DNA of 64,000 bases, from assembly GCF_044704955.1 (NCBI RefSeq), contig NC_091992.1, positions 22,506,001-22,570,000 of the forward strand, written 5' to 3'. The notes beneath the pieces are model-generated. The model did no database searches. It saw nothing but the letters and a program-made list of their open reading frames with translations, and was not told the DNA's origin. The translations under genes were made by a program, and so were the position numbers. Positions 24,850 through 38,845 of this stretch are shown piece after piece. Origin of the DNA: Pristiophorus japonicus. Taxonomy: Eukaryota. The number at the start of each line of letters is the position of its first letter. Within the stretch, counting starts at the first letter, position 1.

Positions 24850-25270
24850 TAGGTCTCGTTCACCCATCACCTCACTAGATTGGCCTAGATTGCAAAGCGA
24901 ATTTAAAAATTCTCATCCTTGTTTTCAAATCCCTCCCTGGCCTCACCCCTCCCTATCTCTGTAATCTCCTCCAGCCCAACAACGCTCTGAGATATCTATA
25001 CTCCTCTAATTTATGGTCTCTTAAGCATCCCCGATTTTAAACACCATTGGGGCTGTGCCTTCAGGTGCCCAGGCCCTCAGCTCTGGAATTCCTTCTCTAA
25101 CCCTCTCCACCTCTCTTTCTTTCTTTAAGATGCTCCTTAAATCACACCTTATCTGCCCTAATATCTCCTTATGTGGCTCGGTGTCAAGTTTTGTTTTATA
25201 ACGCTCCTGTGACGCGCCTTCGGACTTTTTACTACGTTAAAGGCACTATATAAATACAAATTGTTATTGT
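24850..25270 (+). mobile_element. L2-clade LINE 3' end
   Basis: tttaaaattctcatccttgttttcaaatccctc...ctctggaattcc...; tail aaaggcactatataaatacaa. Confidence 0.8.
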
Positions 25271-25684
25271 TAAATAGTTAATTAGGCAATTGGATGGGTG
25301 TGTGTGTTGGTACTTTGTCCTTTCACCTTTGAGATGTAAATTTAATTCATCTCAGACTGATGAAATAAAAATCTCTGATCTTGGTCAATTTCAATGATTC
25401 TAAATGGAATAAGTTTGGGTAGTTTCAACCCAGTCCATCGTGAACAAGTTCACAACAGAAAGCTGTCTATAATTCAGCATCAGATTAGCAATTTCACTCG
25501 GGGAAGCCAGCAATATGTCTTGTATGAGAAATAGAAAAGGTTACATTGGTGCATTGGTAGGAATGTGGTCTTCTGAGGTTGGGATTAAGGTGCTTTGTTG
25601 AAAATGATTGGAATTCTACATCTGACCATGCTATGTGAGATGCTTGTACTATATTTGTAGTGTGCATGTGAGATGGTGACCTTA

Positions 25685-26150
25685 GTGTCAGCTGTGGTTC
25701 AGTGGGTAGCACACTTGCCTGAGTCAGAAGGTTGCGGGTTCCAGTCCCACTCCAGGAACTTGAGCACATAAATCTAGGCTGAAACTCCAGTACTGAGGGA
25801 GTGCTGCACTGTAGGAGGTGCTGTCTTTTAGATGAGACGTTAAACTGAGGCCCCGTCTGCCTTCTCAGGTGGACGTAAAAGATCCCATGGCACTATTTCG
25901 AAGATGATCAGGGGAGTTATGCCCGGTGTCCTGGCCAATTATTATCCCTCAATCAACATAACAAAAACATTATCTGGTAATTATTACATTGCTGTTTGTG
26001 CGAGTTTACTGTGCACACGTTGGCTACCGCATTTCCCACATTACAACAGTGACTACACTCCAAAAGTATTTCATTGGCTGTAAAGCGCTTTGAGACGTCC
26101 AGTGGTCATGAAAGGCGCTATATAAATGCATGCCTTTCTTTTTCTTTCTT
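25685..26150 (+). mobile_element. Near full-length SacSINE1/DeuSINE-like SINE
   Basis: tRNA-like A/B-box head (gtggttcagtgggtagc...ggttccagtccc); Deu-type core (gatgagacgttaaactgaggcccc...gatcccatggcactatt); L2-like tail aaaggcgctatataaatgca followed by ctttt repeats. Confidence 0.9.
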
Positions 26151-27629
26151 TAGCAGCTGTAAGTGAAAAATTGTTGCAGTCAACACTAACACCCCTCGTG
26201 CTGATGAGCACAAGTCACCTACATATTCTTCTGTTTTGCAGTTTTAATTGATTTCTACTGTTACCTCTGACAACTCTGCTCATTTTGTTTTAGTATTTCC
26301 CACTGTTACCAATGGTATCAAGTTGTGTCGTTCAGGTCTGTGTACAGTGGCAGCAGGAAGTGGTGAGACAGGGATATCTACTATCTTTTAAATATATCTT
26401 ATATAAAGTATAACTGGATGAACCATCTACACTCTTTGATGCTAAATGCCACATTAGCCAGAACATGTTCCTTTGATTATTTTAGGCACCTTGAAATAGT
26501 TACTTGCCGTTAAAACTTGCTTTCTACTATGCAGTGTTAATCATCACGTAAACATTTTAAAAATGATAGTGACATAGTGTTTGCGCTTTCTTTATATTTA
26601 CTTCACTATTGAATAAGAACTCATCTTGTGAGATTTCTTGAAAATTTTAAATCATATTCATGTTTTTTCTTAATAACCAGAATTCAAATACAATGCAAAT
26701 CTCAACACTTTTCTATCGTATTAAGTTTGCCATCCTTAAATTAGTTAATATTTACCAATATTTTAAGAAAATGATACATTGTGAAAAATATTATGATCAT
26801 TTTCCAATAAATTTGCTTCCCAAAGAACAAAAGCAAAAAAAACAAAAGCTTTGCAACAGTTGACATTGTCGTTTATAAAACAGACAGAAGTACAAAATAA
26901 GTTTTGTTTTCCAGATGAAGAACATGTTCCTACCATTTTCTAGTTCATTTTGCTCCCTGCCTTTTGACCTCAATGAAAAAAGCATAAAACCAACCTACGC
27001 TAAGCACTCTGGTATTATGCTACTGTACAACTGGGTGCAGAATGTGCAGGAGAACAGCTCTCTGATACCTAATGGTCCAGTTGAAATTGTGAACTTGCAA
27101 TACAGGGCACTGTGGATGTCCATGATGCTGTATTATTGGGCAGCTGTTCAAAGGCATTTATTTTTACATTAAAAGATTAAAGGTAGATTGTCATCATCTG
27201 TTCTGGAGTCTTGGAGATAGGTATCAGAATCAAGACTGTCTCATCAAGATTCCGTGATCATCTATAGATCAATGTACTTCCTGGTACAAAAATAGTGGCT
27301 TCATAATCAGTATGCTCTGGAGCTAAATCCAAGAGTTAAAAGACAGGTTTAATCTCATCTTTCTTGACTGAGTCACCATGGACATGCTTCAACGATGCAC
27401 GCTATTCCAAATTACAGAATGCCACAACCCATATTTAAGGAATTATTTTAAAACTATGATGTTAAGCATTTTATATAAAAATAGTAAGTTAATTCTGATG
27501 AAATTAAAAATGTGATTATCAACAAATTATGCAAAGATAAATGTGATTAATTTGATCAAAATACTGTTAGTACTGTGGTAAAAAATATGTGGTTCCTAAT
27601 TTTAATGGCACAAATTTATGTCTCTGCAA

Positions 27630-28375
27630 TATAGAATCATGGGGCACAGAAGGAGGCCATTGTGTCTGTGCCAGCTCTTTGAAGGAGCTACCCAATTACT
27701 TCCACTCCCCTGCTCTTTCCCATAGCCCTGCAGATTTTTCCTTTTCAAGTATATATCCAATTCTGTTTTGAAAGTTACTATTGAATCTGTTTCAACCATC
27801 CTTTCAGGTAGTGCATTCCAGATCATCATAACTCACTGCGTAAAAAATAATTCTTCTCACCTGCTTACCTTAAATCTGTGACCTCTGGTTACTGACCCTC
27901 TTGCCAGCGGAAACAGTTAATATTATTTATTCTACCAAAACCCCTCATAATTTTGAGCATCTCTTATTAAATCCCTCCTTAACCTTCTCTGCTCTAAGGA
28001 AAACAATCCTAGTTTTTCTCCACATAACTGATGTCTCTCATCCCTGGTATCATGCTGATAAATCTCCTCTGCACCCTCTCCATGTCACCATGACATCCTT
28101 TCCTAAGTGTGGTGCCTCTGGACACAATACACCAGCTGAGATCCAACTAGTGATTTATAAAGGTTCAGCATAACATCCTTGCTTTTGTACTATATGCCTC
28201 TATTTATAAAGCCCAGTGTCCCTTATGCTTTTTAACAACTTATCCTGCTACCTTCAAAGATTTGAGGATGTGAACCCCCAGATCTCTCCGTTCTTGCACC
28301 CCCTTTAAAATTGTACCACATAGTTTATATAGTCCCGCTCAGTCTTCCTCTCAAAATGCTCCACTGCACACTTCT
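27630..28375 (-). mobile_element. CR1 3' fragment
   Basis: IWNALPERMVETDSIVTFKTELD; atagaatc tail. Confidence 0.85.
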
Positions 28376-29270
28376 GTATACAATATACTAAATAATAACT
28401 GGAATTTTAATGAAAACCAATACAATGCTCGACATTGAGTTTTAAGCTGCAAGCATCTTCCACCAGGGGGTGCTAAGTTTTTCTAATTTTACAGCAACTG
28501 GCATTTCTGCCTGTGCAACCAACATTTTAGTTTAATCTATCCTCTATTACGCAATACATCACCTGATCGAGAGGATTCTAACCTGCAAGTCTTGTTTCCA
28601 TGCTAACTATGCAAAAGTCACCAGTTGAATGAAGTATAATTTCCTAATTCTGAAGTTGATTTTACTGACAAACATGATTCAATAGTCCATGTTTGTATGC
28701 CACCTTCTGAAAGTAGATTCTAATAGCTAATAATAGCTTTGCACTAACAGACATTCTAGGGTGATTTGAACTGTCTTCAAACACCAGGAAAGAAGAGGGG
28801 GGAGCAGTCAAAATGGAGCGGCTCCATTTCCTGCTCTGTTCCAGCTGATCTGCAATTTTAACGTGCTGGTTTTGGCATCGGATGAGGCTTCCACCGGACT
28901 CTGGCTGGAGCCTCATTAATAAATTATTAAAATTCCATTGGAATCCTGTGAAGTAATTTTAACACGGTGCTAAGTGGGATGCCAACCGCAAACCGTCCTT
29001 GACCTCACACTCCCAAGCGGGATTGACATCCGCTCCTACCGGCAACCCACCGGGAGTTAAAACCAGCCCTCCAGTATCCAGTCCAAACGTTTCTATAATC
29101 TATTTGAGTAAATAGTCTTTGCTTACACTAGCCACTGGAGGTCAGAATGGACACAACGTTTGCCAATATAAACTCAGTTTATTTTGTATTCTGAATTGTT
29201 CCCAGCATAAATTAAACCAAATATTTGAGGTAGATTTCATGCTAACAACATGTACTTATATAGCGCCTTT

Positions 29271-32200
29271 AAGAACATAAGAAATAGGAGCAGGAGTAGG
29301 CCACCTGGCCCCTCGAGCCTGCTCCGCCATTTAATAAGATCATGGCTGATCTGATCATGGACTCAGCTCCACTTTCCTGCCCTCTCCCCATAACTCTTTA
29401 TTCTCTTATCGCTCAAAAATCTATCTATCTCCGCCTTAAATATATTCAATGACCCAGCTTCCACAGCTCTCTGGGGCAGAGATTGCCATAGATTTACAAC
29501 CTTCTGACAAGAGAAGTTCCTCCTCATCTCAGTTTTAAATGGGCGGCACCTTCTTCTGAGACTATGTTCCCTAGTTTTAGTTTCCCGATGAGTGGAAATA
29601 TCCTCTCTGCATCCACCTTGTCTTGCCCCCTCATTATCTTATATGTTTCGATAAGATCACCTCTCATTCTTCTGAACTCCAATATGTATAGGCCCAACCT
29701 ACCTTTAAGTCAACCCCTCATCTCTGGAATCAACTGAGTGAACCTTCTTTGAACAGCCTCCAATGTAAGTATATCCTTCCTTAAATATGGAGTTCAAAAC
29801 TGTACACAGTACTCCAGATGTGGCCTCACCAATACCCTGTACAGTTGTAGCAGGACTTCTCTGCTTTTATACTCTATCCCCTTTGCAATAAAGGCCAACA
29901 TTCCATTTGTCTTCCTGATTACTTGCTGTACCTGCATAACTACCTTTTTGTGTTTCATGTACAAGGACCCCCAGGTCCCTCTGTACTGCAGCACTTTACA
30001 TAGAAACATAGAAAATAGGTGCTGGAGTAGGCCATTCAGCCCTTCAAGCCTGCACCACCATTCAATAAGATCATGGCTGATCATTCACCTCAGTACCCCT
30101 TTCCTGCTTTCTCTTCATACCCATTGATCCCTTTAGCCGTAAGGGCCATATCTAACTCCCTTTTGAATATATCCAATGCACTGGCATCTACAGCTCTCTG
30201 CGGTAGGGAATTCCACAGGTTAACAACTCTGAGTGAAGAAGTTTCTCCTCATCTCAGTCCTAAATGGCTTACCTCTTATCGTTAGACTATGTACCCAGGT
30301 TCTGGACTTCCCCAACATCTGGAACATTCTTCCTGCATCTAACCTGTCCAGTCCTGTCAGAATTTTATATGTTTCTATGAGATCCCCTCTCATCCTTCTA
30401 ATCTCTAGTGAATACAGGCCCAGTTGATTCAGTCTCTCCTCAGATGTCAGTCCTGCCATCCCGGGAATCAGTCTGGTGAACCTTTGCTGCACTCCCTCAA
30501 TAGCAAGAACGTCCTTCTTCAGATTAGGAGACCAAAACTGAACACAATATTCCAGGTGAGGCCTCACTAAGGCCCTGTACAACTGCAGTAAGACTTCCCT
30601 GCTCCTATACTCAAATCCCCTAGCTATGAAGGCCAACATACCATTTGCCTTCATCACCACTTGCTGAACCTGCATGCCAACTTTCAATGACTTATGTACC
30701 ATGACACCCAGATCTCGTTGCACCTCCCCTTTTCCTAATCTGCTGCCATTCAGATAATATTCTGCCTTCATGTTTTTGCCACCAAAGTGGATAACCTCAC
30801 ATTTATCCACATTATACTGCATCTGCCATGCGTATGCCCACTCACCTAACCTGTCCAGGTCACCCTGCAGCCTTTTAGCATCCTCCTCACAGCTCACACC
30901 GCCACCCAGCTAAGCGTCATCTGCAAACTTGGAGATATTACACTCAATTCCCTCATCCAAATCATTAATGTATATTGTAAATAGCTGGGGTCCCAGCACT
31001 GAGCCCTGCGGTACCCCACTAGTCACTGCCTGCCATTCTGAAAAGGACCTATTTATCCCGACTCTCTGCTTCCTGTCTGCCAACCAGTTCTGTTTCCACG
31101 TCAGTACATTACCCCCAATACCATGTGCTTTAATTTTGCACACCAATCTCTTGTGTGGGACCTTGTCAAAAGCCTTTTGAAAGTCCAAATACACCACATC
31201 CACTGGTTCTCCCTTGCCCACTCTACCAGTTACATCCTCAAAACATTCTAGAAGATTTGTCAAGCAGGATTTCCCTTTCATAAATCCATGCTGACTTGGA
31301 CCGATCCTGTCACTGCTTTCCAAATGTGCTGCTATTTCATCTTTAATAACTGATTCCAACATTTTCCCACTACTGATGTCAGGTTAACCGGTCTATAATT
31401 ACCTGTTTTCGCTCTCCCTCCTTTCTTAAAAATTGGTGTTACATTAGCTACCCTCCAGTCCATAGGAACTGATCCAGAGTCGATAGACTGTTGGAAAATG
31501 ATCACCAATGCATCCACTATTTCTAGGGCTACCTCCTTAAGTATTCTGGGATGCAGACTATCAGGCCCTGGGGATTTATCGGCCTTCAATCCCATCAATT
31601 TCACCTACACGATTTCCTGCCGAATAAGGATTTCCTTCAGTTTCTCCTTCTCACTAGACCCTCGGTTCCCTAGTATTTCCGGAAGGTTATTTATGTCTTC
31701 CTTCGTGAAGACAGAACCAAAGTATTTGTTTAACTGGTCCGCCATTTCTTTGTTCCCCATTGTAAATTCACCTGAATCTGACTGCAAGATTGTTTTCACT
31801 AATCCTTGCAATTTTTCTCCATTTAAATTATAATTTGCTTTTCTATTTTTTCTGCCAAAATGGATAACCTCGCATGTTCCCACATTATACTCCATCTGCT
31901 AAATTTTGGCCCACTCACTTAGCCTGTCTATATCCCTTTGCAGATTTTTTTGTGTCCTCCTCACAATTTGCTTTCCCACCCATTTTTGTATCATCATCAA
32001 ACTTGGCAACATTACACTTGGTCCCTTCATATAGATTGTAAATAGTTGAGGCCCCAGCTCTGATCCCTGCAGCACCCCACTAGTTACTGTTTGCCAACCG
32101 GAAAATGACCCATTAATTCCGACTCTCTGTTTTTTGTTAGTTAGCCAATCCTCTATCCATGCAAATATATTACCTCCAACCCCATGAACTTTTATCTTGT

Positions 32201-33115
32201 GCAGTAATCTTTTATGTGGCACCTTATCGAATGCCTTCTGAAAATCCAAATGCACCACATCCACTGGTTCCCCCTTATCCACCCTGCTCATTACATCCTC
32301 AAAGAACTCCAGCAAATTTGTCAAACATGATTTCCCTTTCATAAAACCATGCTGACTCTGCTTAATTGAATTATGCTTTTCCAAATGTCCTGCTACTGCT
32401 TCCTTAATAATGGATTCCAGCATTTTCCCCAACGACAGATGTTAGGCTAACTGGCCTATGGTTTCCTGCTTTTTGTCTGCCTCCTTTTTTAAATAGGGGC
32501 ATTACATTTGCAGTTTCCCAATCCGCTGGGACCACCCCAGAATCCAGGGAATGTTGGTAGATCACAACCAATGCATCCACTATCTCCGCAGCCACTTCTT
32601 TTAAGACCCTAGGATGTAAGCCATCAGGTCCAAGGGACTTGTCCGCCTTTAGTCCCATTATTTTAGCAAGTACTACTACTTTAGTGACAGTGATTGTATT
32701 AAGTTCCTCCCTACCTATAGCCCTTTGATTATCCACTATTGGGATGTTTTTAGTGTCTTCCACTGTGAAGACCGATACAAAATATTTGTTCAACATTTCT
32801 GCCATGTCCCTGTTCTCCATTATTAATTCCCCAGTCTCATCCTCTAGGGGACTAACATTTACTTTAGCCACTCTTTTCATTTTATGTATCTGTAGAAACT
32901 CTTACTGTTTTTATATTTCGTGCTAGCTTACTCTCATAATCTACCTTCCCTCTCTATCATTTTTTAGTCGTTCTTTGCTGGCTTTTAAGTTTCCAAATCC
33001 TCTGGCCTCCCACTAGTCTTGGCCACCTTGTATGCCCTTGTTTTCAATTTGATACCATCGCTTATTTCCTTAGTTAGCCACGGATGGTTATCCCTTCTCT
33101 TACGGTCTTTCCTAA
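29271..33115 (-). mobile_element. CR1 LINE (aagaacat-tail family), split by a second CR1
   Basis: ORF2 fragments at 29794-29997 and 31806-32880 ([28 protein letters not shown]); sequence rejoins across the inner insertion. Confidence 0.92.
29998..31805 (-). mobile_element. Nested CR1 LINE (catagaaa-tail family), 5'-truncated
   Basis: Own 3' tail acatagaaacatagaaa at 29998; RT ORF pieces 30220-31604 ([15 protein letters not shown]). Confidence 0.92.
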
Positions 33116-33129
33116 TCATTGAGAGAACT

Positions 33130-34350
33130 TAGTAACTTAGTAAAGCAACCCAAGGCACATCACAGGATCATTATCAAACAAAATTTGATACCGAGCCACA
33201 TAAGAGGATAATAGGTCAGATGACCAAAAGCTTGATCATTTAGGTAGGCTTAAAGGACCGTCTTAAAGGAGGAAAGAGGTAGAGAATTTCAGGGAAGGAA
33301 TTCCAGAGCTTAGAGCCTCGGCAGCTGAAGGCACAGCCGCCAAAGGTGGAGCGATTAAAATTGGGGATCCGGAAGAGAGCAGCATTGGAGGAGTGCGGTG
33401 ATCTCGGAGGGCTGTAAGAGGTTACAGATATAGGGAGGGGTGAGGCCATGGAGGGATTTGAAAACAAGAATGAGAATTTTAAAATTGAGGTGTTGCTTAA
33501 CCGGGAACAAATGCAGGTCAGCGAGCAAGGGGTTGATGGGACGGTGTGAGTTTGGATATATGGAGCAGAGTTTTGATGAGCTTAAGCTTGAGGAGGGTGG
33601 AAGTAGGGAGGCTGACCAGGAGTGCATTGGAATAGTCAAGTCTAGAAGTAACAAAGGCCTGGATTAGGGTTTCAGCAGCAGATGGACGGGGTTGGGCGAT
33701 GTTAGAGGTAGAAACAGGAGGTCTTAGTGATGGGGCGAATATGTGGTCGAAAGCTCATCTCGGGGTCATATACAACACCAAGGTTGCGAACAGTCCGGAT
33801 CAGGCGCAGACAGTTGCCAGGAAGAGGGATGGAGTCGGTTGCTAGGGAATGGAGTTTGTGGCAGGGAACAAAGACAATGATTTTGGTCTTTCCAATATTT
33901 AGTTGGACGAAATTTCTGCTCATCCAGTACTACATGTCAGACAAACAATCTGACAGTTTAGTGACAGTAGAGGGTCGAGAGACATGGTGGTGGTGAGGTA
34001 GAGCTGGGTGTTGTCAGCGTACATGTGGAACCTGACTGTTATCAGATGATGTCGCTGAAGGGCAGCGTGTAGATGAGAAATAGGAGGGGACTAAGGATAG
34101 TTCCTTGTGGGACACCAGAGATAACCATGTTGGAGCAGGAAGAGAAACCATTGCAGGTGTTTCTCTGGCTATGACTAGATAGTAAGAATGGAGCCAGGTG
34201 AGTGCAGTCCCACCCAGCTGGACAACAGAGGATAGGAATTGGCGGAGGATAGTTTGGACAACTGTATCAAAGGCGGCAGACAGGTCGAGAAGGATGAGAG
34301 GAATAGTTTGCCGTGGTCACAGTCACATAAAATTTCATTTGTGACTTTGA
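33130..34350 (-). mobile_element. L2-clade LINE (its extreme 3' tail is at 29245-29272)
   Basis: QLNIGKTKII, VRNLGVVYD, LDYSN-type and LHLFPVKQHLNFKILILVFK motifs. Confidence 0.85.
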
Positions 34351-34779
34351 TAAGACCAATTTGCTAAGACCAATTTAATAGTAAACATTTACCAGATGTG
34401 TTTTCTGCCTCTTCTCCTGAAGGCACTGACTCAGCATGAGATTAGGTTCCATGGGTGGTGCTAACCCTTTAGTATCTCTACCAAATGACCAATCTTTGTG
34501 TGTGATTGTAGACAATTAGTGTCAGCATGCTATTTAAATGCAGGAGACAACACAGCCCAGCTTGATTCTATTTTCAACTAATGTACACACACATGTACTT
34601 TCCAGCAAGAGTCAGGAAAGAGATAGCCCCACTGATTCTTCCCTTCATCTCTTGGAGTCATTTAGTTGGATGTGACAATGTGGGAGAAGTACAGGATTTT
34701 TCTGGATGGATGAATTAAGATGGAACAAATGGACTTCCTCATGAGTATTTATCTTGTGATTTCACCCAGGGGCACTGTG

Positions 34780-35218
34780 TAGCACACTTGTCTCTGAGTC
34801 AGAAGTATGTGGGTTCAAGTCCCACTCCAGGAACTTGAGCACATAAATCTAGGCTGACACTTCAGTGCAGTGCTGAGGGAGTTCTGCACCGTCAGAGGTG
34901 CCGTCTTTCAGATGAGAAGTTAAACCGATGCCCCATCTACCCTCTCAGATAAGAGATCCCATGGCACTATTTCGAAGAGCTGGGGAGTTATCCCCAGTGT
35001 CCTGGCCAATATTTATCCCTCAATCAATATAACAAAACATTATCTGGTCATTATCATATTGTTGTTTGTGGGAGTTTGCTGTGTGCAAATTGGCTGCCGC
35101 GCTTCCCACATTACAACAGTGACTACACTCCAAAAGTACTTCATTGGTTGTAAAGCACTTTGAGACGCCCGGTGGCTGTGAAAGGCGCTATATAAATGCA
35201 AGTCTTTCTTTCTTTTTA
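34780..35218 (+). mobile_element. SacSINE1/DeuSINE-like SINE
   Basis: High similarity to 25685-26150. Confidence 0.9.
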
Positions 35219-35687
35219 TCACCACTGTGGATGGGATTAGTGCTTTTCTGTGAACTGGACATGCTCGGTTCTTCTATTGCATCTACTCCGCTGTTTCCAA
35301 TTTTGATGAAGGTCTATATGCGCTAAATATCAATAAACTGCCTTTTCTCTTCACAGGAATTGACCGACCTGGATATTTCTAGCAGTTTTTTGTTTTTATT
35401 TCAGATTTTGAGCATTTGCAGTTTTTTTCTTTTTTTGACTAATATTTCTGTGATCTGTTCTCCTTTCCATTTCAACAAATGCTGTGGCAAACAAAAAGCT
35501 TTGCTTGTACATACTGGTGAAATTACATGTAAATAAACAAACCAAATAAAAATGATTACATGCATGCAGCTACCCATTGGGAGAAAGCAGTGTGAATGGA
35601 GGTCTAGTAATATGTATACTGTGCTTGGATGAAGGCATTGACATTTAACACAAACAAAACATTTCTAAAAATCGCCTCACTAGAATA

Positions 35688-36118
35688 CAGGTGCAGTGTC
35701 GAGAATCCGGAGTTCTGGAATCCGGACAGATCGATGGCAGGGTCGTCCGGAATCTGTAAAATGTTCCGGAATCCAGACCCGACGACCCCGCCGACCTCGG
35801 GGGCTTGCCGCCACTGCCCTTACCTCGGGGCTTTGCCAGCCCGCCCGACGACCTCCTTGGTGGAACCCGCTCGACAATGACATCCTTGGCGGGGCCCGCC
35901 TGACGACATCCTCCTCGGTGGGGCCGGACGGCCCGAACAGCTCTTCGGCGTGAATTCCCCCCTCCGCCTTTCTGATATTCCGAAATCCGGAAATAGCCGA
36001 ACCTGGGCTCGGGTGTTTTCGGATTCGTGACGTCAAAAAACAAATCGAAAATCCGGAAAAGCCCGGAATCCGGAATGGCCTCGGCCCCGAGGGTTCCGGA
36101 TTTTAGGCGCTGCACCTG
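35688..36118. mobile_element. Tc1/mariner (Tigger/pogo-like) MITE, CpG-rich
   Basis: 24-bp imperfect TIRs CAGGTGCAGTGTCGAGAATCCGGA / TCCGGATTTTAGGCGCTGCACCTG with TA on both sides. Confidence 0.88.
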
Positions 36119-38454
36119 TATGACAATCTTTTTATATGGGTATATGTCTCTTAACTAAAACTGCTAACAGCTGAAATATCTCCCCTTCATGGACAAAAAT
36201 GGTGACTTGTATACAATGTTGCAGAAAGGGAATTGTGATTGAGTATGAGGTCACTGTAACCTCAAGAAACAGGAATGAGCAAGAATATTGAATTTAATAC
36301 TCTAGTTGATGATGCAGTGTTACAGCTTTTTTAATTTTTAAAAAAACTGGCCAAAACAGTTCTTAATAAATCAAGTCATATATATTTCTTAAATTTGTGT
36401 GTGAATTTCAGTTTAACTTAACGTTATGAGATTCAACAAAGGCATGTTATTTTTTCTAAGATAGCGTTGTGTTGCTTGACAAAAAAACTATTTGGAGTAA
36501 TCTCCCATTACCACACTTTTAACATGTTGAATTAGATTTTTCTTCTTGAATAGGAAATCACTTACTATATGACACTTGTCGTATGGCTGTGTATCATTAT
36601 TCTTGGAACAAAAAACTTTTACCTAATGTCTAAATGTTATTAAGTAATGGATAAATTGCCTATGACTCTGCTGATCTTGGTGTATGATTTTGATGACAAA
36701 GTGAGAATGTTATACTACAACATTGTGCTATAATTAACAAGTTAAATGTCAATAACTAACATCAGTTAATTATCGACTGTGCTGGAAAAATCTGTCTCTT
36801 TTTGAAATACACAATTTGATATTTCCCAGTGTCTCAGCTTTCAGAATGTTTTCATAGAGTTTCTGCTATTTGTTTAATTATAAGTTCATTTAAAAAAAAA
36901 TTACAAAACTGATATATATATTGGTGCCAAAATAACTCCCCTTAACCAAAAAGGACACCAAAAAATGAATTGGAACAGGAGCTGGGCTGATAAGTTTCAG
37001 GGGATAAAATACCAGTGGGAGGTGGAATAATGATTATTGTTATTAATATTTTTTATTAAAACTGTCGGTGTATCCCAGTTACTACAGGTTACCTGAAGAT
37101 TTGAATGACAAAGGCATCTCAGACAGACATACGATCGAAATATTATTCCCAAAGTTTATGAAATCTCCTTCACCCTTTCCTCTTTTTAATCTTCCTCCCA
37201 TCCCTATTTTCCTTTCTCTTCCCATCCCTTACTTTTCTTCCGTTTTCCCCCTTTCTTCTTTTTCCTTTGGTTTGCAACCCTCTTGTAATCATTGCTCATC
37301 TTTAATACCTTCCTTTATTCTGCTAACCTAGAAATATCCTACAAGTAAGCATGTTACAAAGCATCTGATCAATGATTAAACTCCAAATTTATTCAGCAAG
37401 CACAGACATATATTTCATAACATATGGAACACTACCTGCATTCCTAAAGCTCAACAATTTCTAACTAATTTAAGGAGCATGTGGGTAGTTCCTGTCAAAA
37501 CAACAAATGAGAAGGAGACACATAAAATTACTGGGCAAGTTATTCAGTGGGTGCTGCTACATTACCACAAATGCTTTAACAGAGTTGAAGATGTTCTGCT
37601 GTTCTAAGGGTTGGCGACAACAACCTGTATTTGTTTAGTGCCTTTAATGTAATAAAATGTCGGCACAGACACGATGGGCCAAATGGCCTCCTTCTGCGCA
37701 GTAAATTTCTATGATTCTGTGTCCCAAGGCACTCCACATAGAAAAATTAAGAAAGTTGATTGAATACATAGTCAAAAATATAGATTTGCAGTAGGTGTTT
37801 AAAGGTGAGGAGAGAAGTAGCCAAGGCAAAGAGGTTTAGACAGGGAATTCCAGCAGGACTGTGATTGCTGAGAGTTCTGCCAGTGAATGCGGAGCACTGA
37901 AACATGGCCAAAAAGTCTGAATCAGAGGATATATGATTAGCCTGATAAGTAGGTTTGAAAGAAGTTGCAGAGGTTAAGGTAGAGCAATGCGATGAAATAC
38001 AAGGATTTTGAATTTGGAGTTTTTGAGGCGTTAGTGGAAGTCAGTGAGAACAGGATGTTGGGTGAGTGGGACTTAGTGAGGGACAGAATGTGGATGGTGG
38101 AGTTTTGGATGAGTTGGGGTTAAAACCAAAAATGTATAATCACAGAAAGAGGCCACTCAGCCCATCATGGCTATTCTAATTCTTTCTTAGAACAATCTAA
38201 AATTAATTCCACTGCATCTCAATCTCCTTCCAGCTCCTACATATATATATATCTTTGTTTCACATATTCATCCAATTTTCCACTAAAAGATGCAACGGTT
38301 TTTGTTTTAACTATTCTCCAGCAACTCCCTGCATAAAATGTTTTTCTCCTGAACTCTCAGTGACAATTTGAAATTAATGACCCCTCATTACTGCATCCCC
38401 AACCAGAGAAAACAGTCATTTCCATTCGCCTTATCACAATCTTTAGTTGGTACG

Positions 38455-38845
38455 GTAGTGCTATGGTTATGTTACTGGACTAGTAAGAGGCCTGCGCCTT
38501 AATAATCCAGAGAATGAGAGTTCAAATCCCAGTTTAAGGAATCAAATTCAGTTTAAAAAAAAAAAGAATTCAGGAAAAAAAAAGCTGGCATCACTAAAAT
38601 TGACCATAAAGTTGGCGGATTGTCATAAAAAAAAATCAACTGGTTCACTAATAATGTCTTTTAGGGAAGGAAACCTGCTGTCTTTACCCGGTCTGACTTA
38701 TATGGGTCTCTGGTGCCACACCAATGCTGTTCACTTTTAACTGCCCTCTGAAGTGGCCTAGCAAGTCACTCAGTTTCAGGGATAGGCAATAAATGCCGGC
38801 CTTGCCAACAACATCCACATCCTGAGAATGAAATTTAAAAAAATG
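38455..38845 (+). mobile_element. Second tRNA-derived SINE family, inside a degraded CR1
   Basis: tagtg..tatggttatgttactggactagtaa...gagttcaaatccc head; ends ggcaataaatgccggccttgcc...catcctgagaatgaa + A-tail; related tail fragments at about 3330-3400 and 39200-39275. Confidence 0.7.

Noticed and set aside
25685-25760. tRNA-like sequence
   Set aside because: It is the head of a SINE, continuing into the SINE core and tail with multiple copies in the window; no complete cloverleaf.
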